DNA of 64,000 bases from Octopus sinensis (lineage: Eukaryota): contig NC_043009.1 of assembly GCF_006345805.1 (NCBI RefSeq), forward strand, positions 17,236,001 through 17,300,000, written 5' to 3'. Made by a program: the position numbers and the translations under genes. The notes beneath the pieces are model-generated. The model was not told where the DNA came from. It searched no databases and saw only the letters and a list, made by a program, of their open reading frames with translations. This document shows, piece by piece, positions 26,139-39,300 of the stretch (its first letter is position 1; every line of letters begins with the position of its first letter).

Positions 26139-28325
26139 CTGTTGTGTCTGGGGAGAGTCATTCTCTATTAGTACCTTGTAATTTAACACACACACCGGTA
26201 AAATTTTCATTTATTTCTATTTTAGTTTTCTAAAATTTTTGTTGCATCTTGCAAACTTTTCAATAGTTTTGACTCTGTCCGTTATTCACACTGCATTCTT
26301 TTTTGTTTGTTTGTGCGCATATGTGTGGGTTACTGTATATGTGTGCATACACATGTATGTATGTATGTATGTATGTATGTATGTATGTATGTATGTATGT
26401 ATGTATGTATGTATGTATGTATGAATGTATGTATGTATGTATGTATGTATGTATGAATGTATGTATGTATGTATGTATGTATGTATGTATGTATGTATGT
26501 ATGTATGTTTGTATGTATGTATGTATGTATGTATGAATGTATGTATGTATGTATGTATGTATGTATGAATGTATGTATGTATGTATGTATGTATGTATGT
26601 ATGTATGTTTGTATGTATGTATGTATGTATGTATGAATGTATGTATGTATGTATGTATGTATGTATGAATGTATGTATGTATGTATGTATGTATGTATGT
26701 ATGTATGTATGTGTATGTATGTATGTATGAATGTATGTATGTATGTATGTATGTATGTATGAATGTATGTATGTATGTATGTATGTATGTATGTATGTAT
26801 GTATGTTTGTATGTATGTATGTATGTATGTATGAATGTATGTATGTATGTATGTATGTATGTATGTTGTATGTATGTATGTATGTATGTATGTATGTATG
26901 TATGTTTGTATGTGTGTATGTATGTTTGTATGTGTGTGTATGAATGTATGTATGTATGTATGTATGTATGTATGTATGTATGTATGTATGTTTGTATGTA
27001 TGTATGTATGTATGTATGTATGTTTGTATGTATGTATGTATGTATGTATGTATGTATGTATGTATGTATGAATGTATGTATGTATGTATGTATGTATGTA
27101 TGTATGTATGTATGTATGTATGTATGTTTGTATGTATGTATGTATGTATGTATGTATGTATGTATGTATGTATGTATGTATGTATGTTTGTATGTGTGTA
27201 TGTATGTTTGTATGTGTGTGTATGAATGTATGTGTGTGTATGTGCATATGTATATATGTATGTATGTGTGTGCGTTTGTATGTATGAATTCTGCATATTC
27301 ATGTGTTTGCGTGTCCATGTTTGTATGTTCTTATGTGTGAGTGCGTGTGTGTGTATGTTTAGTCGTACTGACTATATGAACATTTGAGACAATATGACAA
27401 CAAAAAATAGTCCTCCATACTTTACCAACATGCCAAGAACTAACATGGAGGCAACCTGGGTCAACCTGACATCCGCATCTTATCCATGCACCCAAAGGAC
27501 CCAACACTCAGACAAATACAGGAGTACGTCCTCATAGATGAAACTTCCCCAATGCTAAATAGGAAATATACATAGTAGATATCATATCCCCATACCCACA
27601 GTTTACACAGGTAGAATAGAATAACTAGTGGGCTGTTATGTAGATAGATGTGTGTATGTGTGTGTGTGTGGGGGTGTATGTATATATATATATGTATATG
27701 CGCATGTGTCTAAGCATATGGATATGAAAGTAAACAGATCAACATACAGATGGATAGGTACATAGGTTATAAGAACAGACAAGCACACATACACACACAT
27801 ACACAAATGAAGACTGTAACACAGGACCATATATACACACACACTTTACTTCATGCATGGACACATATGGAGACACATGTCCACACATATGGAGATACAC
27901 AGCCATACATACAAACACAGTACATAGTTACAAAACACACACACACACACACACACACACTCAGACATGCACACACAAGGAGCCTGAGGTACCCACACAC
28001 ATATGCAAATACACATACACGCACATACATAAAAACACACAAACACAGACACGCAAACCCATACATATGCAGAATACATACATACAAATGCACACACATA
28101 CATACATATATACATAAGCACACACACATACATGCTTACTCACACATGCATATATACATACATACATGTATGCAAGTGTATGCACACACACACATACACA
28201 CACACTAAGCCACATATATGCGCATAAACAAATAAAAAGAAACGCAGTGAGAATAACGGACAGAGTCAAAACTATTGGAAAGATTGCAAGATGCAACAAA
28301 AACTTTCGAAAAATAAAAAGAAATA
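26139..28325. mobile_element. Fold-back-like element: microsatellite-rich arm, core, inverted arm
   Basis: 26139-27360 is matched in inverted orientation by 27700-28325; a second partial copy lies at 38411-39300. Confidence 0.65.
26353..27240. repeat. (TATG)n microsatellite expansion, ~890 bp
   Basis: Tetranucleotide array with TTTG/AATG interruptions; source of the spurious YIHT/MYVC ORFs. Confidence 0.97.
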
Positions 28326-28624
28326 AGTTGAAATACCTATAGGTGCATGTACGTGGGTGTGCAGGCGTGCATGTGTATGTATGGACATGTGCGCTTACGC
28401 GAATACTACGAACATTTTTACTCCCTTAGTTAGCGGTCATTCTAATAGCTCTTTTGTCTTAATAACGGTCAATCACACAGTAATTTCCCTTTGTTTTTCA
28501 TAGCATTTTTTCCAATAGCTCGATAACTGAAGAGATGCTGGCATGGGTTTCAGCTCCAACATCCGAAACTCAGATTTTATCATAGCTACTGAATAATTGT
28601 CACATATTATATTAACATATAATA

Positions 28625-29340
28625 TGTAGTGTGTGATCATCACCTTGACCATGACAGAGAAAGTTGTCATGGCAATACCTGCTTAGAAGCCTACACAAGG
28701 TTGCAGAAAGTGTATGGAGAGGAGTATATGAGCTGCACACAAGTGTATGAATGGTTCAGATGTTTCCAAGATGGCCAAAAAATGTCGATATTGACGAACA
28801 TTCTGGAAGACATGCAACCAGCAGAAGTGAGAAAAATATCATAGATGTGTGGATAGCTGTGAGGGGAAATCATCAAATCACCATCCGTGAGTTATCAGAG
28901 GATGTGAAGATTAGTTATGGTTCAGTTCAGTCCATTATCACTGAAGATTTGGGTATGAGACGCATGTCTACCAAATTTGTGCCAAATCTGCTTTCGGCTG
29001 ATCAAAAAGACACTCGGGATTCAGTTGCTCAAGATCTCCTTGATTGAGTCGAGAACAATGAAAACTTTTTGAAAACTTTGTGTAGACATCTGAGCAGGTA
29101 TCTCCAGCATTTGGCAAAATTTGAAACAGATTCTCTGTTCAACTTTCTCTGTCATGGTCAATGCAATGATCACACGCTACACACCTTCCTTCCAAGCACT
29201 GCTGTAATCAGTGGATATGAGCTAGAGCATTAAAACTTAGGGTACATGTATAAAAGAGTTCAAGGTTAATCTATGCCAAGCAGCTTCACTCTGCATGCTT
29301 TAGCTTTGTTACTTTTGCAACAGTCCGGATACTTATTGAT
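28625..29340 (+). mobile_element. Mariner derivative: N-terminal transposase fragment plus inverted copy of the 5' region
   Basis: CTQVYEWFRCFQDG...ITIRELSEDVKISYGSVQSIITEDLGMRRMSTKFVPNLL; 22-bp perfect inverted repeat at 28645-28666 and 29140-29161. Confidence 0.8.
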
Positions 29341-29819
29341 CAGACCACATATGTATAGATATATATAAGGTTAGCTGAGTTAGAGGTTGAAATAAGTGTC
29401 TAAGGGATAAAAGTATCCATTATATCACCGGTATATTTAAACACGGGCAAACATATTATGCTCATAAATATAGGTAAAGACAAGGTTAAACAGGAGTTTA
29501 TCAGGAATCAAAATTATTTGAATCATGGAACTTCATCAGAGTGGAAAATAAAAAAAAAAATGTTTTCTCCTTTCCTTGTCCCTTCTTTTTTGTCACTTCT
29601 CTTTATTTCGTTATTTTCCTCTCTGATGAAGCTCCATGATTTAAATCAGTTTTATTACAAACTATGATAAATATTTTTTAGCATAATGATGGTGATAGCA
29701 AACAACATTGGCAGCAGAAACAACTGTTAGATGGGATGCAGTCTTTTCATAAATAATTAATAAATATTAATTAATGCAAATCAATATTATCTCCATTTTC
29801 TGCTTTCTTTATATATATA

Positions 29820-30575
29820 CATGAAATACCTAGTCAAAAATAAACCTCTGTACCTGGCTTTTGTTGACATGGAGAAAGCCTTTGACAGGGTCCCCCGATC
29901 CCTTATCTTGTGGTCAATGAGGAAACTAGGGATAGATGAATGTGTGAGTCATGTATAGGGACGCTGTCAGTAAGGTGAGGGCTGGCAACAAGTACAATGA
30001 AGAATTCCGAGTAGAGGTAGGGGTCCACCAAGGTTCAGTCCTCAGCCCCTCCTATTTATCATAGTCCTCCAGGCAATAATGGAGGAATTCAAGTTCAGGT
30101 GTGGAAACAAGGATTAGAATCGAAGGGCCTTAAAGTCAACCTAACTAAAACCAAAGTCTTAATAAGTAGGAAGGAAGGCAAACCACAAACCCCTTCAGAT
30201 AAATGGCCCTGCTCGATCTGTAGAAAAGTCGTAGGTAGAAACTCTATAAGATGTACCCAGTGTAAGCTATGGACACATAAGAGGTGCAGCAATATCAAAG
30301 GAAGGCTAACTAGGAAGAACTTGAACCAAATTCGATGACTGGCACCCATGCCAGTGGAGCGCTAACAGCTCCATCCAAGCGGGATCACTGCCAGAGCTGC
30401 TGTCTGGCTTCCGTGCTGGTGGCATGTAAAGAGCACCATTTGAGTGTGATCATTCTCAGCATCACCTCACTGGCAATTGTACTGGTGGTACGTGAACAAA
30501 ACATTCGAGCTAGGTCATTGCCGGTGCTGCTGGACTGACTCCTGCGCAGGTGGCACGTAAAAAAAGACAAAGACA
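29820..30575 (+). mobile_element. Internally deleted RTE LINE fragment
   Basis: LAFVDMEKAFDRVP...GVHQGSVLSP...EEFK fused to FQVWKQGLESKGL; YADD segment absent; followed by 3' UTR modules. Confidence 0.88.
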
Positions 30576-31260
30576 GGTGCAGGAACAACACATCAAACAT
30601 ACATACTTACTCATACACACCATTCTCACATACACACGCACACATGTTTGTGCACTTCCTCTTGTAGGAATCACCATGAATTATCTCTCCTTCATTCAAC
30701 CTCTCTTTATTATTGACTCCTTTTCATTCAACCTGTTTTTCCAATCATTCACCATGCTGGACCCCTGAACTCAACACCTTTCTTTTTATTTTCTCTCTAT
30801 TTATTTCCTCTTATTCCTTTCTGTTGAAGAGTGTAAGTTTGAAACATAAAGGACTTTTCCATTTTTCCTGAGTGTCAAACTAATACACTTGCTTGTTGTT
30901 CCTACACCTGTCTTCCTTTGTTTTTCTATAAAGTTGAACTATACATTATGTGCTCATATGGTTACCCCAGTTTGATCCTGAATGAACTTCCCACTCTCTT
31001 GGACTTGCATATCTTAACCACTTGCAGACCTTTCAGAACCACTCCTCATTCATGTACTAGCACTCCACCCAGATTACCACTGGACCTTCATATTCTTTTG
31101 GACTCTACCTTCATGGATCTTACTGGGTTTTATCTTTGATGTATATCGTATTTATGATCAATTGAGATTTCTCTAAAACACTTCTTCATCACAACCCCAC
31201 CCTACAACCTGATAACCACTCCACTCAAACTCATATTTTCATTCGTCACCCTTTTCAAGC

Positions 31261-31540
31261 CTAGCCAGGCTCATGGGCCCGGTTTCCCGGTTCTGTGTTC
31301 CCCCAGCTGGACGGAACACCAGTCCATTGCAGCGTTACTCAAGAAACAGGAAGAGAGAGTGAGAGAAAGTTGTGGTGAAAGAGTATAACAGGGGTTGCCA
31401 CCACATCCTGTTGGAGCCTCGTGGAGCTTTTTTAGGTGTTTTCACTCAATAAACACACACAATGCCAGGTCTGGGAAACGAAACCACGATCCTTCGACCA
31501 TGAGTCCACTGCCCTAACCACTGGGCCATTGTGCCTCCAC
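31261..31540 (-). mobile_element. tRNA-derived SINE (family C)
   Basis: Minus-strand head ggaggcacaatggcccagtggttagggcagtggactc...ggtttcg with A- and B-box-like motifs. Confidence 0.7.
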
Positions 31541-31695
31541 CTCAAACTCATATACCCAAGGAAAATGTTATCCCAATGGAGACTATATAAAGCCAATGCA
31601 TCACAGTCTGATAATGTATCGCAGTCCAACATTGGCTTAGATGGCTGAAACTTCGAAGTCACTGTCAACAATATTCGTGTTGAAGAATAATAAAT

Positions 31696-31735
<40 letters not shown>

Positions 31736-32181
31736 TCATATATTTAGTGTCTGCCTGTCTAGATATGAGCAGCCATATATGTGCCTTGATACAGTAATGG
31801 CCAAGCTTTGTGGAGTATACCAGTAGTGCACATGGTTGCATGTGTTTGCCACTGTATATTGAAAGATGTTTATGTACATACATCTATATCATCACTGGGC
31901 TATGTCTTTATATGTGGACTTGAATATATCACATTATTGTGATTAATATGTTTGCATACAATAAGTGCAGATGTATAGAGGCAGACATAAAATAAACCTG
32001 TCTTGTGGCTATAATAGTTTAGGAATAATATAGCTGAATGGTTTTGTGTATGTGGGTATAAGTGTGTAATATGAGTGAATGTAAACATATTTGAAATGTA
32101 TATGCATATATATGTTACCAGTAATATTGTAATAGTTATGTATATATGCAAGTTCTACATGTGTCCATGTATAAACATATA

Positions 32182-32230
<49 letters not shown>

Positions 32231-32894
32231 CATATAAACTTAATATATGTGTATACACAAGCATTCTGATGGATATGTGTCTTGATGGTTAGATGTATGT
32301 AAAGACAACATTTATAGGATGCTTATTTATGTACACATTATAAGGAGACTTTACAGTTAAATTCCTAATGTATTTACACACATACTTGAATATAGATATA
32401 AGTACACACATGCTTAATGGGCAATGTAAAAAAAAAAATCAATTGAGAACCAAAAATATAAACTGTTGTATATAACTGAGATTAGAAATTAATTATATGC
32501 ACAGGCATAAATGGATGGTTAAGGAGCCTGGCTGGTAGCTGCAGAGTTTTGAGTTTGATCCCACAGCCTGGCAACTTGCCTCAGATTCACTGACACCTGG
32601 TGACTGAAAAACACACATATACACACGCACACATACGTGTGCATGCATGCGTGTGTGTTTGTGTGATCATCATCATTGTCATCGTCATCATTATCATTTA
32701 CCGTCTGTTTTCCATGTTGGCATGGATTGCACAGTTTAACAGGATTTGCTGAGACATAAGGCTGCATTGGGTGCCATGTCAACTTTGGCAAGTCTTCTGC
32801 TGCTGGGTGCCCTTCATAACGCCAACCACTTTGAATTGTGAACAGGGTTTTTCTTCCTGTAATTGGCAATATATATATATATATATATATATAT

Positions 32895-33945
32895 TAAACA
32901 GCCATGAGTTAGATAAACTTAGGAAGAATCTGATTGCTTTCTACCAAAGAATGGGCTTATGGATTATGATAGAAAGTAATCTTAAAATCATAGATTTTTT
33001 AGATATCAACTGAGATTTACAATGAGATAAATTTAAACCCAATCATAAGCCCAATGAAAAACTGTGTTATATTAGCAAAGAATCTAATCATCCACCTGTA
33101 ATTCTTAAGAACCTAGTTAGTAATGTAGAAGGCATATATCATCAATTTCTTCAGATGAGACAGCATCTCAAAATACTGTGCCATATTACAATAATGCATT
33201 AAGGAAAAGTGGATTCTCAGAGAAGATCCAGTTTAGTCAAGTTAATTCTAGCAATAATAGGCCATGAAGAACTAGAACTAGGAACGTTTTGTGGTTTAAC
33301 CCCACATTCAATATGGCTGTAAAAAATAATATAGGTAGGGAATTCTTAAAATTAGTTTCTAAGCATTTTCAATCTAGCCATAAGTTCTATAGAATATTTA
33401 ATAGGAGAATGCTAAAGGTCAGCTATTCTTGTTGCAAAAACTTCACCTCTTTTATTAGCCAGCATAACACAAAAATTACTACAGACAACTACAGTGCTGA
33501 ATCTAATCTGAGGAATTGCAACTGCAAAGATGAGACTTGCTGTCAGTTGGAAGGTAAATGTCTTGAAAAAGGTATTATAGAGCCAAAGTGCAAGTAGATT
33601 GCTTGCAAGAATATAAGACATATACAGGGGCTTCAGAGAATTCATTCAAGACTCAACTCTATTCCCACAGAATTTTTTCTGATACCCCAAGAACAGGATA
33701 GCGACTAGTCTTGCAAAGCATGTCCAGGATTTGAAAGAGAATGACACCTGTCCTTTCAATGTAACCAGGAAAATTCTAGAAAAAGCATCAGCATAGAGAC
33801 ATGGAGCTTATAAAAGACCTATAAAACATAATCTTTGCCTCTCAGAGAAGTTCTTCATCTTGTTCCAGGATAAAAACGCTTTGAACCAGAGATGCAAACT
33901 CTTAAATTCCTGCATGCATGCCACAGAATTTAAAATGGGTAAAAA
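32895..33945 (+). mobile_element. 5'-truncated, decayed Penelope-like element (RT thumb, linker, GIY-YIG), Naiad-like
   Basis: IIDFLDI...SNHP...WFNPTFN...NIGREFLKL...KHF...IFNRR..KVSYSC...HN...CNCKDETCCQLEGKCL, then Y.A.V...Y.G...FK and LCLSEK. Confidence 0.85.
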
Positions 33946-34323
33946 GTTTTGACCTTTGAAATATATTTTTTGACGGTTGCATTCGAATTTGACTTTACAC
34001 AATATAGTTATTGTGCATCGCAACGCTAATACATATTTTTAAGAAAGCCTTCAACTGTTTTATAAATTTAATTTTTAGCTTAAGCTTCGCCAAGGTTTGT
34101 TTTTATTTTTACTCATGTATTTAATTATGTTACATCAAATTAATGTACAATTTCTTTATTCTAAATTTTAATATTATACACACAGAAGAGTTTTTAAAAA
34201 ATTGTTTGCGTATATACGTTACAATGTAGATAAGTCTCTGTATATTTATGTGTATGTATGTATATGCATGTATGTGTGTGTACATATACATATGCGTGTG
34301 TGTATATGTATATGTATATATGT

Positions 34324-34364
<41 letters not shown>

Positions 34365-34439
34365 AACATATAAATGTGTATGTATACATATATTTGCATA
34401 CATATATTTGTATTTTTGTATATTTGTTTGTGTATGCAT

Positions 34440-34662
34440 ATTACTCTTTTACACTTTTACTTCTTTCAGTCATTTGACTGCGGCCATGCTGGAGTACTGC
34501 CTTTTAGTCAAGCACATCAACCCATGACTTATTCTTTGTCAGCTTAGTACTTATTCTATCGGTCTCTTTTGCTGAACCGCTATGTCACAGGTACGTAAAC
34601 ACACCACCATCGGTTGTCTAGCGATGTTGGGGAGACAAACACAGACACACAAACACACATAC

Positions 34663-34711
<49 letters not shown>

Positions 34712-34870
34712 ATTCAGTTTCCGTCTACCAAATCCACTCACAAGCTTTGGTTGGTTTGGTTGGCACCAGGCTATAGTAGAAGACACGTGCCCAAGGTGCC
34801 ACGCAGTGGGAATGAACCCGGAACCATGTGGTTGGTAAGCAAGCTACATACCACACAGCCACTCCTGTGC
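34440..34870 (-). mobile_element. Family B SINE with internal (TA)n
   Basis: cagtcatttgactgcggccatgctggag ... accacacagcc. Confidence 0.85.
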
Positions 34871-35460
34871 CTATGTTTGTAAATTTGCATGTATATTTAT
34901 ACTTATGTAGATATATATGTAATTTTGTGTGAGCTTTTATGTGTTTGTTTCAGAAGCCATATGAAGTATCCAAATGTTGAGTATCGAGATTTAATGACAT
35001 GATAAACACACAGAGAGACAAACATCCTGTGTTTTATATATATATAGTTATACATATGTATATTGTGTGGTAAGTAGCTTGTTTACCAGCCACATGGTTC
35101 CGATTTCAGTCCCACTGCGTGGCACCTTGGGCACGTGTCTTCTACTATAGCCTCGGGCCAACCAAAGCCATGTGAGTGGTTTGGTAGACGGAAACTGAAA
35201 GAAGCCTGTCATATATATGTATATATATCTATGCGTGTGTGTGTTTGTGTGTCTGTGTTTGTCCCCCTAGCATTGCTTGACAACCGATGCTGATGTGTTT
35301 ATGTCCCTGTTAGTTAGCGGTTCGGCAAAAGAGACCGATAGAATAAGTACTGGGCTTAAAAAGAATAAGTCCCTGGGTCGAGTTGCTCGATTAAAGGCGG
35401 TGCTCCAGCATGGCCGCAGTCAAATGACTGAAACAAGTAAAAGAGTAAAGAGTAAAAGAG

Positions 35461-35492
<32 letters not shown>

Positions 35493-36238
35493 TATTCAGT
35501 TTCCGTCTACCAAATCCACTCACAAGACTTCGGTCGGCCCGAGGCTACAGTAGAAGACACTTGCCCAAGGTGCCACGCAGTGGGAATGAACCCGGAACCA
35601 TGTGGTTGGTAAGCAAGCTACATACCACACAGCCACTCCTGTGCCTATGTTTGTAAATTTGCATGTATATTTATACTTATGTAGATATATATGTAATTTT
35701 ATGTGTGAGCTTTTATGTGTTTGTTTCAGAAGCCATATGAAGTATCCAAATGTTGAGTATCGAGATTTAATGACATGATAAACACACAGAGAGATAAACA
35801 TCCTGTGTTTTATATATATATAGTTATACACATGTATATTGTGTGGTAAGTAGCTTGTTTACCAGCCACATGGTTCCGATTTCAGTCCCACTGCGTGGCA
35901 CCTTGGGCACGTGTCTTCTACTATAGCCTCGGGCCGACCAAAGCCATGTGAGTGGTTTGGTAGACGGAAACTGAAAGAAGCCTGTCATATATATGTATAT
36001 ATATCTATGCGTGTGTGTGTTTGTGTGTCTGTGTTTGTCCCCCTAGCATTGCTTGACAACCGATGCTGGTGTGTTTATGTCCCCGTTACTTAGCGGTTCG
36101 GCAAAAGAGACCGATAGAATAAGTACTGGGCTTACAAAAGAATAAGTCCCGGGGTCGAGTTGCTCGATTAAAGGCGGTGCTCCAGCATGGCCGCAGTCAA
36201 ATGACTGAAACAAGTAAAAGAATAAAGAGTAAAAGAGT
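34713..36238. repeat. Tandem duplication, ~780-bp unit (SINE head, unique spacer, SINE)
   Basis: ttcagtttccgtctacc at 34713 and 35495; the unique ~190-bp spacer is repeated almost identically. Confidence 0.9.
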
Positions 36239-36359
36239 ATATATATATGTATGTATACATAAATAGAAATATTAAAATTTCTAAGTTTCTCTAAAGGAGA
36301 CTACAGTAGTGGTACTAAATATTAATAGTTATCGCCAAGCTAATATGGCAGTCCAGAAA

Positions 36360-37247
36360 TAGAGGATGAATGCTGCTGTTGATTAGCTCCAAGAGGCCAT
36401 CATCTCTAGCCAGCTATGTGACACATGAACCTGTGTCCATTATAACCTTCGAACAGGGGAGGTCAGCTGCTTCCCCTTGCTGGTCAGGCATCTACAGACT
36501 AGTTTCAGGGTATTTGCCCTTTATCAATGCAGAGCAGCCGAACCCAGCAGGCGTTGCTGGTGGTTACAAAGGTACAGCAGCTTGGAAAACTCACTCTGAT
36601 CATTCTGATATGAAAAGAACTCCTGAAGTTGTTGGTGAGATTCAGGTCATGATTGACAACGATCCTTCCAAGTCAATCAGGTCCATTGCCAGAGACATGG
36701 GTGTGTCTGAATTTCTTATCTGACAGGTAGTGCATAAAGCATTCAGTATTCCTCATATGAGATGAGAAAGGGCCAGATTTTATCTAAAGCCATCAAGGAC
36801 AAGACAAAAGACCATGCTATGGAGCTTTTGAACAAACTCGAGCATCCCCTCCAGCCAAACTTGCTTTGGTTTTTTTCAGATGCGAAAAAGTTTCTGCCAG
36901 GATCAGATGGTGAATACACAGAAAAACTGTTGGCCCCCAGATAATATATTGAGAGTGATAAAACTCAAACATCCAGTCAGCATCATGGTGTTTGGAGTGA
37001 TTACTAATAATGGTGACATTATGCCTCCATTCATCTTCCCACACAGCCTCAGACTCAACACAGAGGCCTACATCAAGTGTCTGGAAGAGATAGTGTGCTG
37101 CCCTGGTGGCTGCTGGAAGAGCCTATGTCTGGCAACAGGACTATGCACCATGCCACAAAAGTAGGAGAACAGAGTCATGGCTGTCAGACAATTTCTGCAA
37201 CCACATCACCCCTAACATCTGGCCACCTAATTCCACAGACTGCAGCC
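36360..37247 (+). mobile_element. Decayed maT-type (DD37D-like) Tc1/mariner transposase fragment
   Basis: IDNDPSKSIRSIARDMGVSEFLI...WFFSD.K...IMVFGVIT...WQQDYAPCHKS...WLSDNF...IWPPNS. Confidence 0.8.
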
Positions 37248-37270
37248 AGTGTGTGTGTATATATATATAT

Positions 37271-38167
37271 AAACCTCCTCATCGAAACAAAACTCCGGAA
37301 GTAAACCAAAACTTTCAGATAGGGACTGTTGGAATCTTACACAAATTGTTAGAAAGGATCACAAAAGTACAGCTCCCAAAATTACTGCCGAGCTTAATGA
37401 CCACTTCAAGAACCCAGTGTCCACAAAAACGGTTCAGTGGGAGCTGCACAAAGCCGGATTTCACAGGAAGGCTGCAATCAGAAAACCACCACTTTCAAAA
37501 TCAAACATTGCAAAGTGTTTAGAGTGGAGTAAAAACCTACAGAATTGGTCCCTAGAGCAGTGGAGAATGTTATTTATTCAGACAAGTCATTCTTTACCTA
37601 ATTTCTGACCACCGGTCAAGTATACAACCAAAAGTATACAGTGTGGAGACAGCCAAAAGAAGCATTTAACCCAGACTGCCTTCTTTCAACTGTTAAACAT
37701 GGAGGAGGATCTGTGATGATCAGGGAGGCTGTATCTTGGAAATCTGCCAGTTGAATGGTTTCCCTTCTTAGCAGAATTAATGGTGAAGACTATTTAAGCA
37801 TTTTATCTGATCAAATTCATTCTATGATTGCACAACTGTTTACAGAGGGAAACACAATCTTTCAGGCGATAATGCACCAATTCACACAGTTAAATTTGTT
37901 ACTGAATGGCACGAGGCACATTCTAGTGAAATTGAACATCTTATCAGGCCACCACAGTCCCCAAATCTCGATATTATTAAACATTTATGGTGCATTTTAG
38001 AAAAACAAGTAAGGAGCCAATATCCTCCACCATCATCACTACAAGAACTGGAGACTGTTTTAACTGAAGAATGGACAAAGATTCACTTGGAAAAAATTCA
38101 AACTTTGTATGAGTCCATACTTCATAGAATTCAAACTGTAATTACTGCCAAGGGCAGTCCTACCCTG
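37271..38167 (+). mobile_element. Decayed Tc1-like (DD34E) transposase
   Basis: KITAELNDHF...KKP.LS..NIAKCLEW...TVKHGGGSVMI...FQ.DNAPIH...PPQSP.L..I..LW; 5'-truncated at a TA microsatellite. Confidence 0.88.
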
Positions 38168-38410
38168 TATATATATATATATATATATTTAAAAGTAGAA
38201 AGATTAGCCAAAACTTTTTGACTGCTATTTCTAAATTCGGTGTGTGGTGAGGCAAATCGTTGCTGAACCCTAATTAATTAGTATTACTTAAACCTTCCTT
38301 GAATGGGACTTTTACATGCCGAACTCTACTTGGTGAAATTGATAGTTATTTCTAAATTAATTAATTTCACCCTTTATTATTATTGATATATATATATATA
38401 TATATATATA

Positions 38411-39300
38411 CTGTTGTGTCTGGGGAGAGTCATTTTCTTTTTGTGCCTTATAATTTAACACATTCACTGGTAAAAATTTCCACTTATTTCTTATTTTTAT
38501 TTTCCTAAAATTTTCGTTGCGTCTTGCAAACCTTTTCAGTAGTCTTGAATCTGTCTGTTATTTACACTGCGTTCCTTTTTGTTTGTTTGTGCACATGTGT
38601 GGGGGTCATTGTGTGTGTGTGTGCCTATGCATGCGTGCATGTACGTATGTATGTGTGTGTGTATGTATATATGTATGTATGTATTATGTATGCTTGTGTG
38701 TGTATGTATATATGTTTGTGTATGCATATGTATATATGTATGTATGTGTGTGCATCTGTATGTATGTATTCTGCATATTCCTGTGCTTGCATGTCCATGT
38801 CTGTGTATTTTCTATGTATGTGTGTGAGTGTGTGTTTGTATATGTATGCACCTCTGTCTCCTTGTGTGTGCATGTCTGTGTGTGTGTGTGTTATGCAACT
38901 ATGTACCATGTTTGTATGTACAGATGTGCATCTCTATATGTGTGTACACATGTCTCTATATGTGTCCTTGTGTGGAGTAAAGTGTGTGTGTGTATATATG
39001 CTCATGTGTTTCAGTCTTCATTTGCGTATGTGTGCTTCTCTGTTCATATAACCTATGTACCTATCCGTCTGTATGTTGATCTGTTTACTTTCATATCCAT
39101 ATGCTTACACACATGTGCACACACACACTCACACTCATACAAAAAACCCAACACACAGACAAATATGGGAGTATGTCCTTATAAATGAAACTTCCCCAAT
39201 ACTAAATAGGAAATATATATTGTAGATACCATACCACCATACCCACAGTTTACACAGGTAGAGTAGAATAGTTAGTGGGCTGTTATGTAGATAGATGTAT
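38411..39300. mobile_element. Second, partial copy (arm plus core) of the fold-back-like element
   Basis: Starts ctgttgtgtctggggagagtca as at 26139; core aaacttccccaat...cccacagtttacacaggtag as at 27500-27655. Confidence 0.75.

Noticed and set aside
26260-27340. Long ORFs (up to 352 aa) of YIHT/MYVC repeats, and similar ORFs at 25686-26117, 38517-39188, 40199-40793 and 43379-43985
   Set aside because: Translations of (TATG)n, (TA)n and (CA)n microsatellites, which lack stops in some frames.
31470-31540. tRNA-like sequence
   Set aside because: Head of a tRNA-derived SINE that continues into SINE body; no complete cloverleaf.
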